Shown here piece by piece: positions 24,396 through 36,490 of a stretch of DNA of 64,000 nucleotides. Origin of the DNA: Macrostomum lignano (taxonomy: Eukaryota); NCBI GenBank assembly GCA_002269645.1, contig NIVC01000980.1, positions 372,001 to 436,000 of the forward strand, written 5' to 3'. How positions within the stretch are numbered: position 1 is the stretch's first letter; each line of letters begins with the position of its first letter. Under the pieces are notes generated by a model that did no database searches, was not told where the DNA came from, and was given only the letters and a program-made list of their open reading frames with translations. Both the position numbers and the translations under genes were made by a program.

Positions 24396-25894
24396 TAGGA
24401 TTATGCTTAATTATCGACTCATTGGTTTTAGAAATCTATTTTGTTACTCTGTTACACATTTGCATGTAACAGAATCCTAAATTTTGTGACATTAGTTTCC
24501 CGTCCATCTACTTGAGTAGTCCTTGAGTCCCGACTGCGATTGTTGCAGATGGTCACACAGATAAATCAAAGCCACTAGGGCTCACTGGGCTTGACTGCCA
24601 TTTTGTTGTGGTTTAGCACAGATCTAGGCGTTATAAGCTGAGCATAGCAAATAATACGGTTAGTGATTGAAAGCACTTTATTAAATACAAACTCAAATAC
24701 AGACAAGTTCATCGTTTTAATTTCAATATTACCAAAATTACCAAAATTGATATAGAAAAATAATCAATCTATCTCCAACAGACATTATTAATTTAAATTA
24801 CTATTGTTTTTTTAAAATAACACTCACTTTACAATCAAGGTGGAAAATAAAGCAAAGTAAAAATAATGCTTAACTAAGCGCATATTAAATTGGCACACAG
24901 ATCGGCAATAACAAAAATCAAGATTGGCACGGGTCCAGCAAATTAAAAAAATAATCGATTAGCGAATCAAAGTAAGAAAAGATGGTTAACAAATTGCATT
25001 GCAGCAGCGGCGGCTATAAGCTTCTCATTAAAGTAGTTTGTAATATTTATTCTATTACGTAATCTAATTACGTAACCTTGATAAAGAATAAAAGTTTTGT
25101 TTAAATGCACCAGTTAAGTTTTGTAAAAAATGCGGATTAGGTCATTTTTCCGATCGTGCAAACACAGGTTGTTGTCTTTCACCAGGAAAATGACACCGCA
25201 TAATTATTAATGATGATATAAATTTTATAAAACGTTTAACGTGATTTGAACTGAAATTTAATTTCGAACAGAAATCCAATTTTCCGTATAATTCACATAC
25301 TTTTTGACAGACTAAAAGAAGCTCCAAAGAGAAGAATGCTTTCATTCCTACTGAGCAGTAGTAGTGTATGGCGCATTGTGCAAGCAAAAATGAAATTAGA
25401 TATTGATCGATAGAATGGACCCATTCTGTAACCGCCACCCCCGTCCCGAACCCTCCAATCCCCAGCGAACGACCCCCGCGGACACAAATTAGATTTTTTA
25501 ACAACCTTAGCTTCGCGGAAAAGCTTGGCTAAAGTCGCCATGCCAGCGACGCTAAATCGCCTGACGGCCGCCAATTGGCCGGGGACAGCGGCTGCAAATT
25601 GGAGCGAGAATTGCGGATTGCAACGGTCTCAGGCGTCTCCTTCTCTCTCAGCTTACTCCACATTCCGGTGTAAGGCATGATGGGACCAGAAAGAATGTGT
25701 GTGGATGGGAGCAACATTTCTGCGCTCTTCCACGTCGACACAAATTGGATATGAATTTTTCATTTACAATTATTTGTACTCTCTTTCTCATTTCTTCTCT
25801 TTTCTCTCGTTTCCTATCGCGCTCTGCTCCATTCATTCCCCTTTAACTCTCTTCTCTCCTCTATTCATTTTCCTTTAACCCTCTACTCTCCTCA

Positions 25895-26185
25895 CCTTCA
25901 TTTCCCTCAACCTCTCCTCTCCTTCATTCCCCTCAACCTCTCCTCTCCTTCATTCCCCTCAACCTCTCCTCTCCTTCATTACCCTCAACCTCTCTTCTCC
26001 TTCATTCCCCTCAACCTCTCTTCGCCTTTATTCCCCTCAACCTCTCTTCTCCTTCATTCCCCTCAACCTCTCTTCTCCTTCATTCCCCTCAACCTCTCTT
26101 CTCCTTCATTCCCCTCAACCTCTCTTCTCCTTCATTCCCCTCAACCTCTCTTCTCCTTCATTCCCCTCAACCTCTCTTCTCCCTA
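25895..26185. repeat. 26-bp polypyrimidine minisatellite, about 11 copies
   Basis: Unit TTCATTCCCCTCAACCTCTCTTCTCC. Confidence 0.93.
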
Positions 26186-26485
26186 TTCTCCCCAACCCAT
26201 CTAACAATAGCAAGATCAGTGTAGTGAGCAATGCAGAATACAGAACGGCACATAAAGCGCTTATACAAGCCACTGCTCAGTAAGGACGAACAAGGGACTA
26301 AATATAGCTATATGAAGATTGCCAAACTCTGGATCCTTCTCTGAATCGAATGATTTTCTCGTTATTCTGGGAACACGTTGGCCATCAATAGTTTTATTAC
26401 TCGTTTAGATAAAAATTCAATTCAATGACAAAAATTATCAAAGAGGTACATAGAGACACAGAACAGTGACAGAACAGCATCTTAC

Positions 26486-26677
26486 CTGCGTCTGCAGCCG
26501 AGCCAAGCCTCGGATCCACAACACCTGTCCCTTCTTGTTAATATCCGATTCAACATCCGTGAGCGAGGCCATCTGGTCGTACTGCTCCTCCTCGAGGATC
26601 TGTTCGATCTCCTGTTCCGTGCTGCCGCCAATCTCCAGGCACGAAGGCAGGACAGAGATTGGCACTGTGATCACCAA
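26486..26677 (-). CDS. PMCA: PMCA coding exon 13 (first half of the calmodulin-binding domain)
   Basis: ..KKGQVLWIRGLARLQTQ|GTAAGA, matching RRGQILWFRGLNRIQTQ. Phase-0 donor at splice site C. Confidence 0.95.
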
Positions 26678-26764
26678 CTGCGGCAATGGCGCGTTTGGGA
26701 TGAATAGAAATCATTGTTTCATTTGTGCAACTTTCTATAGATCTCTATAAATACTTTAGCGGCA

Positions 26765-27409
26765 AACCCCATCCAAGTAACTTGTGTCAGCTGACAGAAC
26801 CCCATCCAGGTAACTTGTGTCAGCTGACAGAATCCCATCCAGGTAACTTGTGTCAGCTGACAGAACCCCATCCAGGTAACTTGTGTCAGCTGACAGAACC
26901 CCATCCAAGTAACTTGTGTCAGCTGACAGAACCCCATCCAGGTAACTTGTGTCAGCTGACAGAATCCCATCCAGGTAACTTGTGTCAGCTGACAGAATCC
27001 CATCCAGGTAACTTGTGTCAGCTGACAGAATCCCATCCAGGTAACTTGTGTCAGCTGACAGAATCCCATCCAGGTAACTTGTGTCAGCTGACAGAACCCC
27101 ATCCAGGTAACTTGTGTCAGCTGACAGAATCCCATCCAGGTAACTTGTGTCAGCTGACAGAATCCCATCCAGGTAACTTGTGTCAGCTGACAGAACCCCA
27201 TCCAGGTAACTTGTGTCAGCTGACAGAACCCCATCCAGGTAACTTGTGTCAGCTGACAGAACCCCATCCAGGTAACTTGTGTCAGCTGACAGAACCCCAT
27301 CCAGGTAACTTGTGTCAGCTGACAGAACCCCATCCAGGTAACTTGTGTCAGCTGACAGAATCCCATCCAGGTAACTTGTGTCAGCTGACAGAATCCCATC
27401 CAGGTAACT
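26765..27409. repeat. 33-bp minisatellite, about 19 copies
   Basis: Unit CCCCATCCAGGTAACTTGTGTCAGCTGACAGAA contains the 12-bp palindrome TGTCAGCTGACA. Fills a PMCA intron. Confidence 0.95.
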
Positions 27410-27441
27410 AAGAATCGAAAAAAGTTTGCATTCTCTCTCAC

Positions 27442-27549
27442 CTGGTGCCAGACGAGGGTGCCAAAACCGAAGCAGAGGCACCAGAGCCAGTGGCTCAGCT
27501 CCAGACCGCGCGTTCTGAACACCATGCCGCCGTACTGGACAATCAGAAT
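27442..27549 (-). CDS. PMCA: PMCA coding exon 12
   Basis: ILIVQYGGMVFRTRGLELSHWLWCLCFGFGTLVWHQ (TM9-10). 108 nt, phase 0 to 0. Confidence 0.92.
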
Positions 27550-27722
27550 CTGCAGAAATTTATTAAGATCACTTTATAACTCAATAAGGTTCAATAAACT
27601 CAATAACGATGAGACAGTCGGGGCCGCTGTACACCCTGTGTGAGCGTGACTGCTCGCCTCCCCTCGGGTTGCGAGTCTTTGATTTGCGGCAGCGCCCCAA
27701 TGGGCCCTGCAAACTGACTAAC

Positions 27723-27925
27723 CTGGAGAACGAAGGTGGTGATCCAGATGAGCACAAACAGCAGGTTGCGCTGCAGGCCCGAGAAGATGTTCCGCTGGTT
27801 GTGAATCTTCCTGGCGTTGATTTCGTTGAACAGAGTCATCAGCACGAAGGCGTTAAATATAGCGGTAAAGTGCTCGGTAGGGACCCGGCTGCCAATCTCG
27901 ATGGGCGTGTCAATCATCTTGTCGC
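27723..27925 (-). CDS. PMCA: PMCA coding exon 11
   Basis: HFTAIFNAFVLMTLFNEINARKIHNQRNIF. CTAG|GC acceptor, CAG|GTTAGT donor. Confidence 0.93.
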
Positions 27926-28031
27926 CTAGAGATAGGTATTGGATTAGGTCATTGTAGCACAGTAGGTTATGACTAGTCTGACTACTCATGGGGTAATCCA
28001 TGCAATTGCAATAGAAAAGTTGGTTCCCTAC

Positions 28032-28245
28032 CGCAGAACAGCAGGAAGAAGGTGATAACCAGCTGGTAAAGCGCATTGCCCACAATATTCCTCAGCATGG
28101 TGGTGTCAATCAGCGGCTTGGTCCGGCCGTAGGGCTTTCTCTCAAGCAGCTCGTCGCTAGGCAGCTCAGTTGCCAGGGCCAGAGAGGCCAGCGTGTCCAT
28201 GATGAGGTTCACCCACAGCATCTGGATGGCTCGCAGCGGCGTGTC
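28032..28245 (-). CDS. PMCA: PMCA coding exon 10
   Basis: [37 protein letters not shown]. Donor G|GTAGGG, phase 1. Confidence 0.95.
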
Positions 28246-28459
28246 CTGTTTTGACGGGCAATGTACTTGTCAATGTACGGATCATACGATCACTCAATGT
28301 AAGTAAGTACGTGTGCATCGAATCTACTCAAATGCACCAATCTACACTCGAAATCTACTATAAAAATGAAACGAATTTACTCAAGAAACCTGTCATGGGT
28401 TACAAAAAAATCTACATGTAACAGCATTAAGGTTATAAAAAAGTGAATCCACACCTATA

Positions 28460-28835
28460 GGGGGCCGTAGCCCAGTGGTCTAGCGCGGCGCTCTTATGTG
28501 CCAGCGGCCCAGGCTCGATTCCCAGTGCAGTCGCATTAATTTGTAGCTAAATTGGAATCTCGGCTTGGCTCTGCTCGTGCAATTAACACCCTTGAGGGCC
28601 AACCCCCAAGGCACTGTGAAGTGTACATGCCTAATTAATGATAATAAAGTTAGGGCCGCTGTACACTCCTGTGTGAGTGTGTGCCTGTGCGTGTGACTGC
28701 GTACGTATCCGCGCGCTTGTGTGCCTGCTCAGGGGAGTCGGCGGAATGGGCAGTAATGCCTCTCGCCGGTTGTGTGACAATGTCGCTTAAAGTGCGCCAG
28801 GGTCCCTGTCAGACCCTGCCTCTAATAAAAAAATC
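28460..28835 (+). mobile_element. tRNA-derived SINE (second family)
   Basis: A-box TAGCCCAGTGG and B-box-like GGCTCGATTCCC, non-pairing acceptor stem, unique body, A-rich tail. A short piece of the body recurs at about 27620-27660. Confidence 0.6.
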
Positions 28836-28879
28836 CATACCCAACCTCAGTACCCAATGTCAGAGCATCTCAACCCTAC

Positions 28880-29266
28880 CGAGATGACGCAGGCGCTGAA
28901 GACGGCCACAACCACAGCGACAACGTTGACAGTTAGCTGGAACTGCAGGAACTTGGAGATCGAGTCATACACGTTGCGGCCCCACATAACGGCCTTGACA
29001 ATGCTGGAGAAGTTGTCGTCAGTCAGAATGATGTCGGAGGCCTCCTTGGCTACGTCAGTACCCTGGATGCCCATGGCAAAGCCGACGTCCGCTTTCTTCA
29101 AAGCCGGCCCGTCGTTGGTGCCGTCGCCGGTGACGGCGACAACCTCGCGACCGGCGGAAATCTTCGAGGCGATGATGCCGGAGACTAGGGTGTACTTGTC
29201 CTGCGGCGAGGAGCGGGCAAGGACGCGGAGCCGAGGCCACACCTGATCAAATCGGTCCTGGGTCAC
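28880..29266 (-). CDS. PMCA: PMCA coding exon 9
   Basis: [48 protein letters not shown]. 387 nt, phase 0 to 0. Confidence 0.96.
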
Positions 29267-29924
29267 CTGCGCAGGTTGAAGGTGATTATAATGTTTTCAT
29301 TTTTAGCCGTTAGGCACTGTAACGCATTTCGCTCAGTGGTCCTTGGTTGACCGCGTCAAGGGAATTCATCTCGCGCAAACTTGTCAGCCAGACTCATGAG
29401 CTAAGGTCTGCGATGCTACACACCGGCAACCCCTCTATTCTGATGCAGGAATGGCTGGGGAACCTTCTCCAAGCTGACTCACAAGCCGATCCAAGGGATT
29501 TGCGTACCGCATGTTTTCAAGGCAGTCCGGTAGTCCTAGGATTGCTGGACTTGACTTTTCACGTAGCCTTGTTGCATGGGTACGGGTTATCCAGGAAGTG
29601 TATCTTTGCGTACCAGGTGCCGGGGACAGGTGCTACTTTAAGGTCTGACTCAAACAGGCTAAGCGACCAGTCCACAAACCGCGGAAACAGCTTCCTTGTT
29701 TCTTTCAAGGGCCCCACGTAGTAACGCCTAAGACAGAACACATGCTTTTTAGATTTACAACGATCCATATGTCTATTTTTTAATTCTAAAAATGGAAAAA
29801 CGCTTCCTTTTCCTTCTAACTGAGAATTGTCCATACCCTTTAGGTAGAATGCTTCGGATTTGAGGACTGAATAAGCTCTGCATTCATCCCAATAACAAGC
29901 GAGGAATCTACCGGTTATTCTCAC

Positions 29925-30167
29925 CTGTCCAGTGTTGGGGTCGCGAATTCGCTTGTTGAAGTCCTTGCCCTCCAGTACGAGGAAATTTTCGCCCGGTTTC
30001 AGAATGCCACACTTGGTAGCGATGGACCGGGCCGTGTTGATGTTGTCTCCCGTCACCATGCGGACGCAGATGCCGGCGTTCTGGCATTTGCGAATAGCGG
30101 CGGGCACCTCTGGCCGCACCGGGTCCTCGATACCGATGACCCCGATGCAGGTCAGCCTTGACACCAC
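29925..30167 (-). CDS. PMCA: PMCA coding exon 8
   Basis: [39 protein letters not shown]. 243 nt, phase 0 to 0. Confidence 0.95.
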
Positions 30168-30254
30168 CTGGTGTTTTCGGGATGAGTAGCCATTGATAAG
30201 CGGACGCTTTTAAAACTGACTGAATTTGCCACTCGGCATCTCTTTGAAGCCTGC

Positions 30255-30725
30255 CACCTTACTAAACAAACAAAGTCACTTCCTTTGAAGTCTGCCGACT
30301 TACTAAACAAACAAAGTCACTTCCTTTGAAGTCTGCCGACTTACTAAAAAAACACGCTTATTCCCTTTGAAGTCTGCCGTCTTACTAAACAAACAAAGTC
30401 CCTTCCTTTGAAGTCTGCCGACTTACTAAACAAACACGCTTATTCCCTTTGAAGTCTGCCGACTTACTAAACAAACAAAGTCACTTCCTTTGAAGTCTGC
30501 CGACTTACTAAACAAACACGCTTATTCCCTTTGAAGTCTGCCGACTTACTAAACAAACAAAGTCACTTCCTTTGAAGTCTGCCGACTTACTAAACAAACA
30601 CGCTCACTCCCCTTGAAGTCTGTCGTCTTACTAAACAAACACGCTCACTCCCTTTGAAGTCTGCCGTCTTACTAAACAAACACGCTCACTCCCTTTGAAG
30701 TCTGCATGCCGCCAATTACTAAACA
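30255..30725. repeat. 41-bp minisatellite, about 11 copies
   Basis: Unit CTTACTAAACAAACAAAGTCACTTCCTTTGAAGTCTGCCGA. Confidence 0.93.
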
Positions 30726-30800
30726 ACAGCCTACCTCTTTAGAGTGTACGGCATTACAAATTAAACACTCAATCTCTTTCATTCACCAAAAGCGACTCAC

Positions 30801-31256
30801 CTGATCCTCATTGTCCCAGTCCGGTTCGCCGTCCAAAGGCACCTCGTTGGGCCCCAGCTGGCCGGAGCCGCGCGGCACGAACTCCTTGAAAGCGATGCCA
30901 ATCGTACGCAGACCGTCGCAGGCCATCGGCTCGATCACCTGGCGGACGATTTGCTCCTGCTCCGGCTTGCCGAACGGCCTTGGCTGGCCCTGGCCGTCCA
31001 GGATGAACGCGCACTTGCTCATGACCATCTCGGAGGCGCCTTTGCAGAACAGGATGTAGCCGCCGCCGGGCCTATTGATCACCGTGGTCATGGACTTTCG
31101 CACCGAGTTGAAGGTGTAGATCTTGTGGATGGCCTCCTCGGGTACCTCGCGTCTGTAGTCGTCATAGTGCTTGCCGAGGTCCAGCACCAGGCCCAGCAGG
31201 GCGCATTCGGTCTTGTTGCCCACTTGCTTGGGCAGCTCGTTGGCCACCTCGGCGGG
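30801..31256 (-). CDS. PMCA: PMCA coding exon 7 (N domain)
   Basis: QVGNKTECALLG..FNSVRKSM..KGASEMV..MACDGLRTIGIAF. 456 nt, phase 0 to 0. Confidence 0.95.
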
Positions 31257-31789
31257 CTGTACATTGATGTTCAATATAATGTACATTTTGTTGATGTTCA
31301 ATATAGGCAATGTACATTGAAATCATGATACTGGATGTAGTTTAAGTGACATTTCCCAATTTTTTGAGATATTTTTAGAGGCGCTTCATGACATTGTTAA
31401 GATTGGCTCGACATTGTTGAGGTTCCTTCTAGGAATTGTTCATGGTTGCTTCAGGGCATCATCAGTTACGAGCCGTAGGATTGATTCTTAGTAGTAGTTG
31501 TGACTCAAGCGACTGTGACCTAATCTAGCTCAAAAAGAGAATTCCGCACAGTGCAATGACTCTCGCTAAAGCTACAGGTAGACCTGAAATGATGAAGGAA
31601 CTGCAGGTTTCGACACAAAAGCTCAAAGCTTAAACAAGCAGTCTGCCTCGAGGCCGTCTTAGCCTGCTAATCCCCAGCCAATCGCCCACAAAGGCAGCGC
31701 TTTGGAAAAAGAGAAAATTGGGAATAAAATTGATTCCGACCGCATCGTCAAATTTGAGGAATAAGAAAATGAACAGAACATTGGCTCAC

Positions 31790-31899
31790 CAAAATCCGCG
31801 ACGTGTAGCCGCTATTAACTGAAATTGCTTTGCAAAGCATTTCGCTAATCTCTTTGGGATAGTCGCTGTACTTCTTGGTAATCTTCTTCTCCAGGGCCC
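31790..31899 (-). CDS. PMCA: PMCA coding exon 6
   Basis: GALEKKITKKYSDYPKEISEMLCKAISVNSGYTSRIL. CGCAG|GG acceptor (phase 1), TTG|GTGAGC donor (phase 0). Confidence 0.9.
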
Positions 31900-32099
31900 C
31901 TGCGGTAGAATTATGATTAACGAGTTCGAGTTAATTCAGGCAATCATTGTTGCTTTGATTCGATGAGTCCCAGGTTCGATTCTTATTTTGGAAGCAAAAT
32001 ATTGTTTTTTCATGTGGTAAAAACTTAAGGAGAGTTGAAGTGTGGAATTTTAGCTCGTAGTAGTATTTGACGTTTTCAATGTGATTCTGAAAAGAGGAC

Positions 32100-32425
32100 A
32101 CGGGATTTCGGACAGGGATTTCGGTCAGGGGATTTCGGACAGGGGATTTCGGACAGGGGATTTCGGACAGGGGATTTCGGACAGGGGATTTCGGACAGGG
32201 GATTTCGGACAGGGGATTCGGACAAGGGATTTCGGACAGGGGATTTCGGACAGGGGATTTCGGACAGGGGATTTCGGACAGGGGATTTCGGACAGGGGAT
32301 TCGGACAAGGGATTTCGGACAGGGGATTTCGGACAGGGGATTTCGGACAGAGGATTTCGGATGGGGATTTCGGACGGGGATTTCGAACAGGGGATTTTGG
32401 ACAGCGGATTTCGGACAAGGGATTC
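32100..32425. repeat. 14-15-bp minisatellite, about 22 copies
   Basis: Unit GGGGATTTCGGACAG. Confidence 0.93.
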
Positions 32426-32508
32426 TCAAGGGTTCAAGAGATTAAGGCGAGGGGATTTTAGGGAGTGAATTTGTTGTTGGCTTTGTCGAGTGAATTTCAG
32501 CCACTCAC

Positions 32509-33042
32509 CTCCCAGGTACACCTGAACGGCAGTCATCCTGTTAGTAGTCAAAGTGCCAGTCTTGTCTGAACAGATTGCTGTAGCATTGCCCATGGTCTCG
32601 CAGGCGTCCAGATGCCGCACCAAGTTGTTGTCCTTCATCATCTTCTTGACTGAGTAAGCCAGAGAGAGGGTGACAGCCAGCGGCAAGCCTTCGGGCACGG
32701 CGACCACGATCACGGTGACGGAGATGATGACGAAGTCGATAAACTTCTGCAGGTCGCGGGTGAAGTTAAACTCCAGGCCGGCTCCGGTTGGCGGCTGGGC
32801 GAAGGTCAGCACGCAGTACTTGATGATGAGGACAAGGAAGGTCACAGCGCCGATCAGCGAGCCGACGTTGCCTATCCGGATGGCCAAGCTGGTGAGCTTG
32901 GCCTGCAGGATGCTCTTCTCCTTGCTTGACGAGTACTTTTTCTTCTTCTCTTCGTCGTCCACGTGATTGGTGGCGCCGTCGCCCCCGGCTGGCGAGGAAC
33001 CGGCGGCGCCGCTCACAGCAGTCAGCTGTACAGCTTCGGGAT
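32509..33042 (-). CDS. PMCA: PMCA coding exon 5
   Basis: [65 protein letters not shown] (TM3-4 and phosphorylated Asp). GGCAG|AT acceptor, G|GTGAGT donor. Confidence 0.96.
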
Positions 33043-33071
33043 CTGCCGTGGGCAGGGATTGGCGAGTTGTA

Positions 33072-33210
33072 AGCACCTGGGACAGGTAATTGTGTCAGCA
33101 CCTGGGACAGGTAACTGTGTCAGCACCTGGGACAGGTAACTGTGTCAGCACCTGGGACAGGTAACTGTGTCAGCACCTGGGACAGGTAACTGTGTCAGCA
33201 CCTGGGACAG
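33072..33210. repeat. 25-bp repeat, about 6 copies
   Basis: Unit AGCACCTGGGACAGGTAACTGTGTC. Confidence 0.93.
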
Positions 33211-34404
33211 ATTGCTTTATAAATAAACCGATAAGCAAACACTTCAAGCATATATTCGAAGGCACAGTTTGCTAGGAAATGGCGGAACAAAACTATACCA
33301 GAGCTCGTGCAAAAAGCATTAAAATTTTCAGAAGATCACTCAGTACACTTCAAATCGATATAGTGTTGAAAATTTCTCTGTGTCCGCTGCTAATTCACGT
33401 CTAGAAATCATTTAAATAGAATTGTAAATAATACACAGCAGGAATAACAAGCTACTTTAAGTAGCTTTACTGCTGTTTTAGTCGGAGAAAACACAAAGAT
33501 GTTTCACGCTTCAACAATATAAATTATTCTAGTTGGAGATTTAGCCGCGCCTCAGTCAGACCTGAGCTGAGAACTAATATTGAGCACAGGGAAGGGGGGG
33601 TGAGCTGCATGCGTTCGAGGCGTTAGTTGAAGAGCAGACAAACTTATGCTTGGGTCCGGGAGGGGGGAAAATTCCCGTGTGGGGATATTTTTAGCCAGCG
33701 GATCGGTAATTAATTCGGCATCAGAATTAAGGGATAACAAAAACTGCATGCTGGGGGGGGGGTGTTCAGCCTGAGACGCCGGAAAAAAGATTCAGAAGAG
33801 AGAGAGGGGAACGGAGGAGGCAGAGCCAACGAAGAAGGTGTGCGTGCAGTCGGTAGAAAATTAATCCCTCGACTCATTCCAGGGCAACCAGGCTTTGCTG
33901 CCGCATGGGCTGGCAGGTTGCGATGGGGGGAGGGGGAGAATTCGCATGGGATTTCTAGCCCACTGCCTGGCCAAATAGGCCATGAGGAAAATGTTCGGCC
34001 AGCAAGGCTTGAGCTTGTTCCGTTTTCCCATCCCGTCAGGGCCATTCTCGACGCATAATATTGCGCCAAAATCATTATTTCCCTTTCATTTGGCTACTCA
34101 ACTCAGCTGCCAATGCCGGGGGTGGGGGCGACAGAGCAGACAAAGCTGTCGAGAATAGGATTAAATCCCCGCTGCTGCCTTGCCCCATCCTAAATCCCCG
34201 AGCACACTCGAATGAATCAGCTGCTGCTAGTTGGGCCAAAATCTTCTCAAGTAATTTGCCTTGATTTGACTTTGGCAGGAATCTGGGCCTCCGCTTGGCT
34301 GTGCTGCATCTATTGCCTATGGGTACCTCATTTATTGCCCACAGGCCAATAAGCTGCTTCTGAAACCAATTCTGCGCATTGCGGATTGATGTTGGAATTG
34401 TTAT

Positions 34405-35530
34405 TTCTGTGCCATGTCTGTGTCTGTGTCTGTGCCTGTGTCTGTGCCATGTCTGTATCTGTATCTGTGCCATGTCTGTGTCTGTGTCTGTGCCTGTGTC
34501 TGTGCCATGTCTGTATCTGTATCTGTGCCATGTCTGTGTCTGTGTCTGTGTCTGTGTCTGTGCCATGTCTGTATCTGTATCTGTGCCATGTCTGTGTCTG
34601 TGTCTGTGCCTGTGTCTGTGCCATGTCTGTATCTGTATCTGTGCCATGTCTGTGTCTGTGTCTGTGTCTGTGTCTGTGCCATGTCTGTATCTGTATCTGT
34701 GCCATGTCTGTGTCTGTGTCTGTGCCTGTGTCTGTGCCATGGTGTATCTGTGTCTGTGTCATGTCTGTGTCTGTGTCTGTGCCTGTGTCTGTGCCATGTC
34801 TGTATCTGTGTCTGTGCCTGTATCTGTGCCATGTCTGTGTCTGTGTCTGTGTCTGTGCCTGTGTCTGTGCCATGTCTGTGTCTGTGTCTGTGCCATGTCT
34901 GTGTCTGTGTCTGTGTCTGTGCCATGTCTGTGTCTGTGTCTGTGCCATGTCTGTGTCTGTGTCTGTGTCTGTGCCATGTCTGTGTCTGTGTCTGTGCCAT
35001 GTCTGTGTCTGTGTCTGTGTCATGTCTGTGTCTGTGTCTGTGTCTGTGCCATGTCTGTGTCTTTGTCTGTGTCTGCGCTAGTGTCTGTGTCTGTGTCTGT
35101 TTATGTGTCTTTTTCTGTGTATTTTCCTGTAATTTGACGGTCTGTGCCTGTATGCTGATGGTCTGTACCTGTATGTTGATGGTCTGTACCTGTATGTTGA
35201 TAGTCTGTACCTGTATGTTGATGGTCTGTACCTGTATGTTGATGGTCTGTACCTGTATGTTGATGGTCTGTGCCTGTAATTTGACGGTCTGTGCCTGTAT
35301 GCTGATGGTCTGTACCTGTATGTTGATGGTCTGTGCCTGTAATTTGACGGTCTGTGCCTGTATGCTGATGGTCTGTGCCTGTATGCTGATGGTCTGTGCC
35401 TGTATGCTGATGGTCTGTGCCTGTATGCTGATGGTCTGTGCCTGTATGCTGATGGTCTGTGCCTGTATGCTGATGGTCTGTGCATGTATGCTGATGGTCT
35501 GTGCCTGTATGCTGATGGTCTGTGCCTGTC
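34405..35530. repeat. Compound satellite: (TCTGTG)n/TGCCA mosaic (34405-35100), then a 21-bp array (35135-35530)
   Basis: Second unit is TGTATGCTGATGGTCTGTGCC. Confidence 0.93.
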
Positions 35531-36055
35531 TATCCTAGCCAAATTCCTTGCAGGCATGTCCTGTGCTTGCCCCTCAATACTTTACTGCGTCTTTCAACTC
35601 AAAGCCAGCTCAAATAATAGCTAGTGCTCACTACGAGCTACATCTAGATAATTCTAAAAAATGCTTTCCTTCCGTCCTTCTCTCTCTACTCCATCCATCC
35701 TCTTAATCCCCATTAGCTTTTTATCCCTATCAGCTGGGATGCAGCCTCTCTCAGCCTTATCCGCCCTGTCACAAAGAGTCAAAACCATAGCATTGAGTAG
35801 CGGCTAGTGTTTCCCTATACAAAGCCCCGGGGGGAGCGACCCCGTGATTATGATTAGTTATAGCATGGCAAAAAAAGTGAAGCACAAGCCTTTTTTAAGA
35901 TGCGATCAATCGGGACTCGATAAAAATAGGCGGAACTGCAGCCGCTTCCTACACCTTCGTACTAATTATGGATGTTCAACTAAAATAAAACTATATATTA
36001 TTGACTGATTAGGCAGCCTGGCGGATTGCGGACAACTCTACCAGGCTCTACTCAC

Positions 36056-36073
36056 GCGGCGCACTTTGCTCGG
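36056..36073 (-). CDS. PMCA: PMCA candidate 18-nt microexon at splice site A (adds about AEQSAP)
   Basis: Minus strand reads CATTTCTGCTTCTATTCCAG|CCGAGCAAAGTGCGCCGC|GTGAGT. Frame-preserving, stop-free in phase 1, located in the first cytosolic loop. Confidence 0.6.
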
Positions 36074-36490
36074 CTGGAATAGAAGCAGAAATGTCGGGCA
36101 AGCTTATTTTTATTGCTTTTCTTGTGGCGATCTTTTTGCTTGCTAATATTTAGCCTAGTTATTTACTGAGTGCCCCTGCGGCTGCTCGGCTATAGTTTCA
36201 AGAGAGAGGCACTGGAGAGATGAAGATGTCAGAGTCTGTGCGAGCGGGTTGGATATTGGACATGACAGTCTGGGTTCTTGAGGTGAAGGGAACGTTTCAT
36301 AAGCTCGAAAATTCATATCGTCGACACGTCTTGCTTGTTGCTTTTCGAGCTCGTGAAAGCGGCCCATGTCACGAACTAAACTTCATGCACGAAATATAAA
36401 TTCTACGAATCGCCTTGTATGCTGCACTCGTTTGTTAACTTGCTTTCTGATACGCAAAAATAGGCTCGTCAGATTTGTTAATTTGCGTAC

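Noticed and set aside
28460-28535. tRNA gene
   Set aside because: A and B boxes are present, but the acceptor and T stems do not pair and the sequence continues into a SINE-like body.
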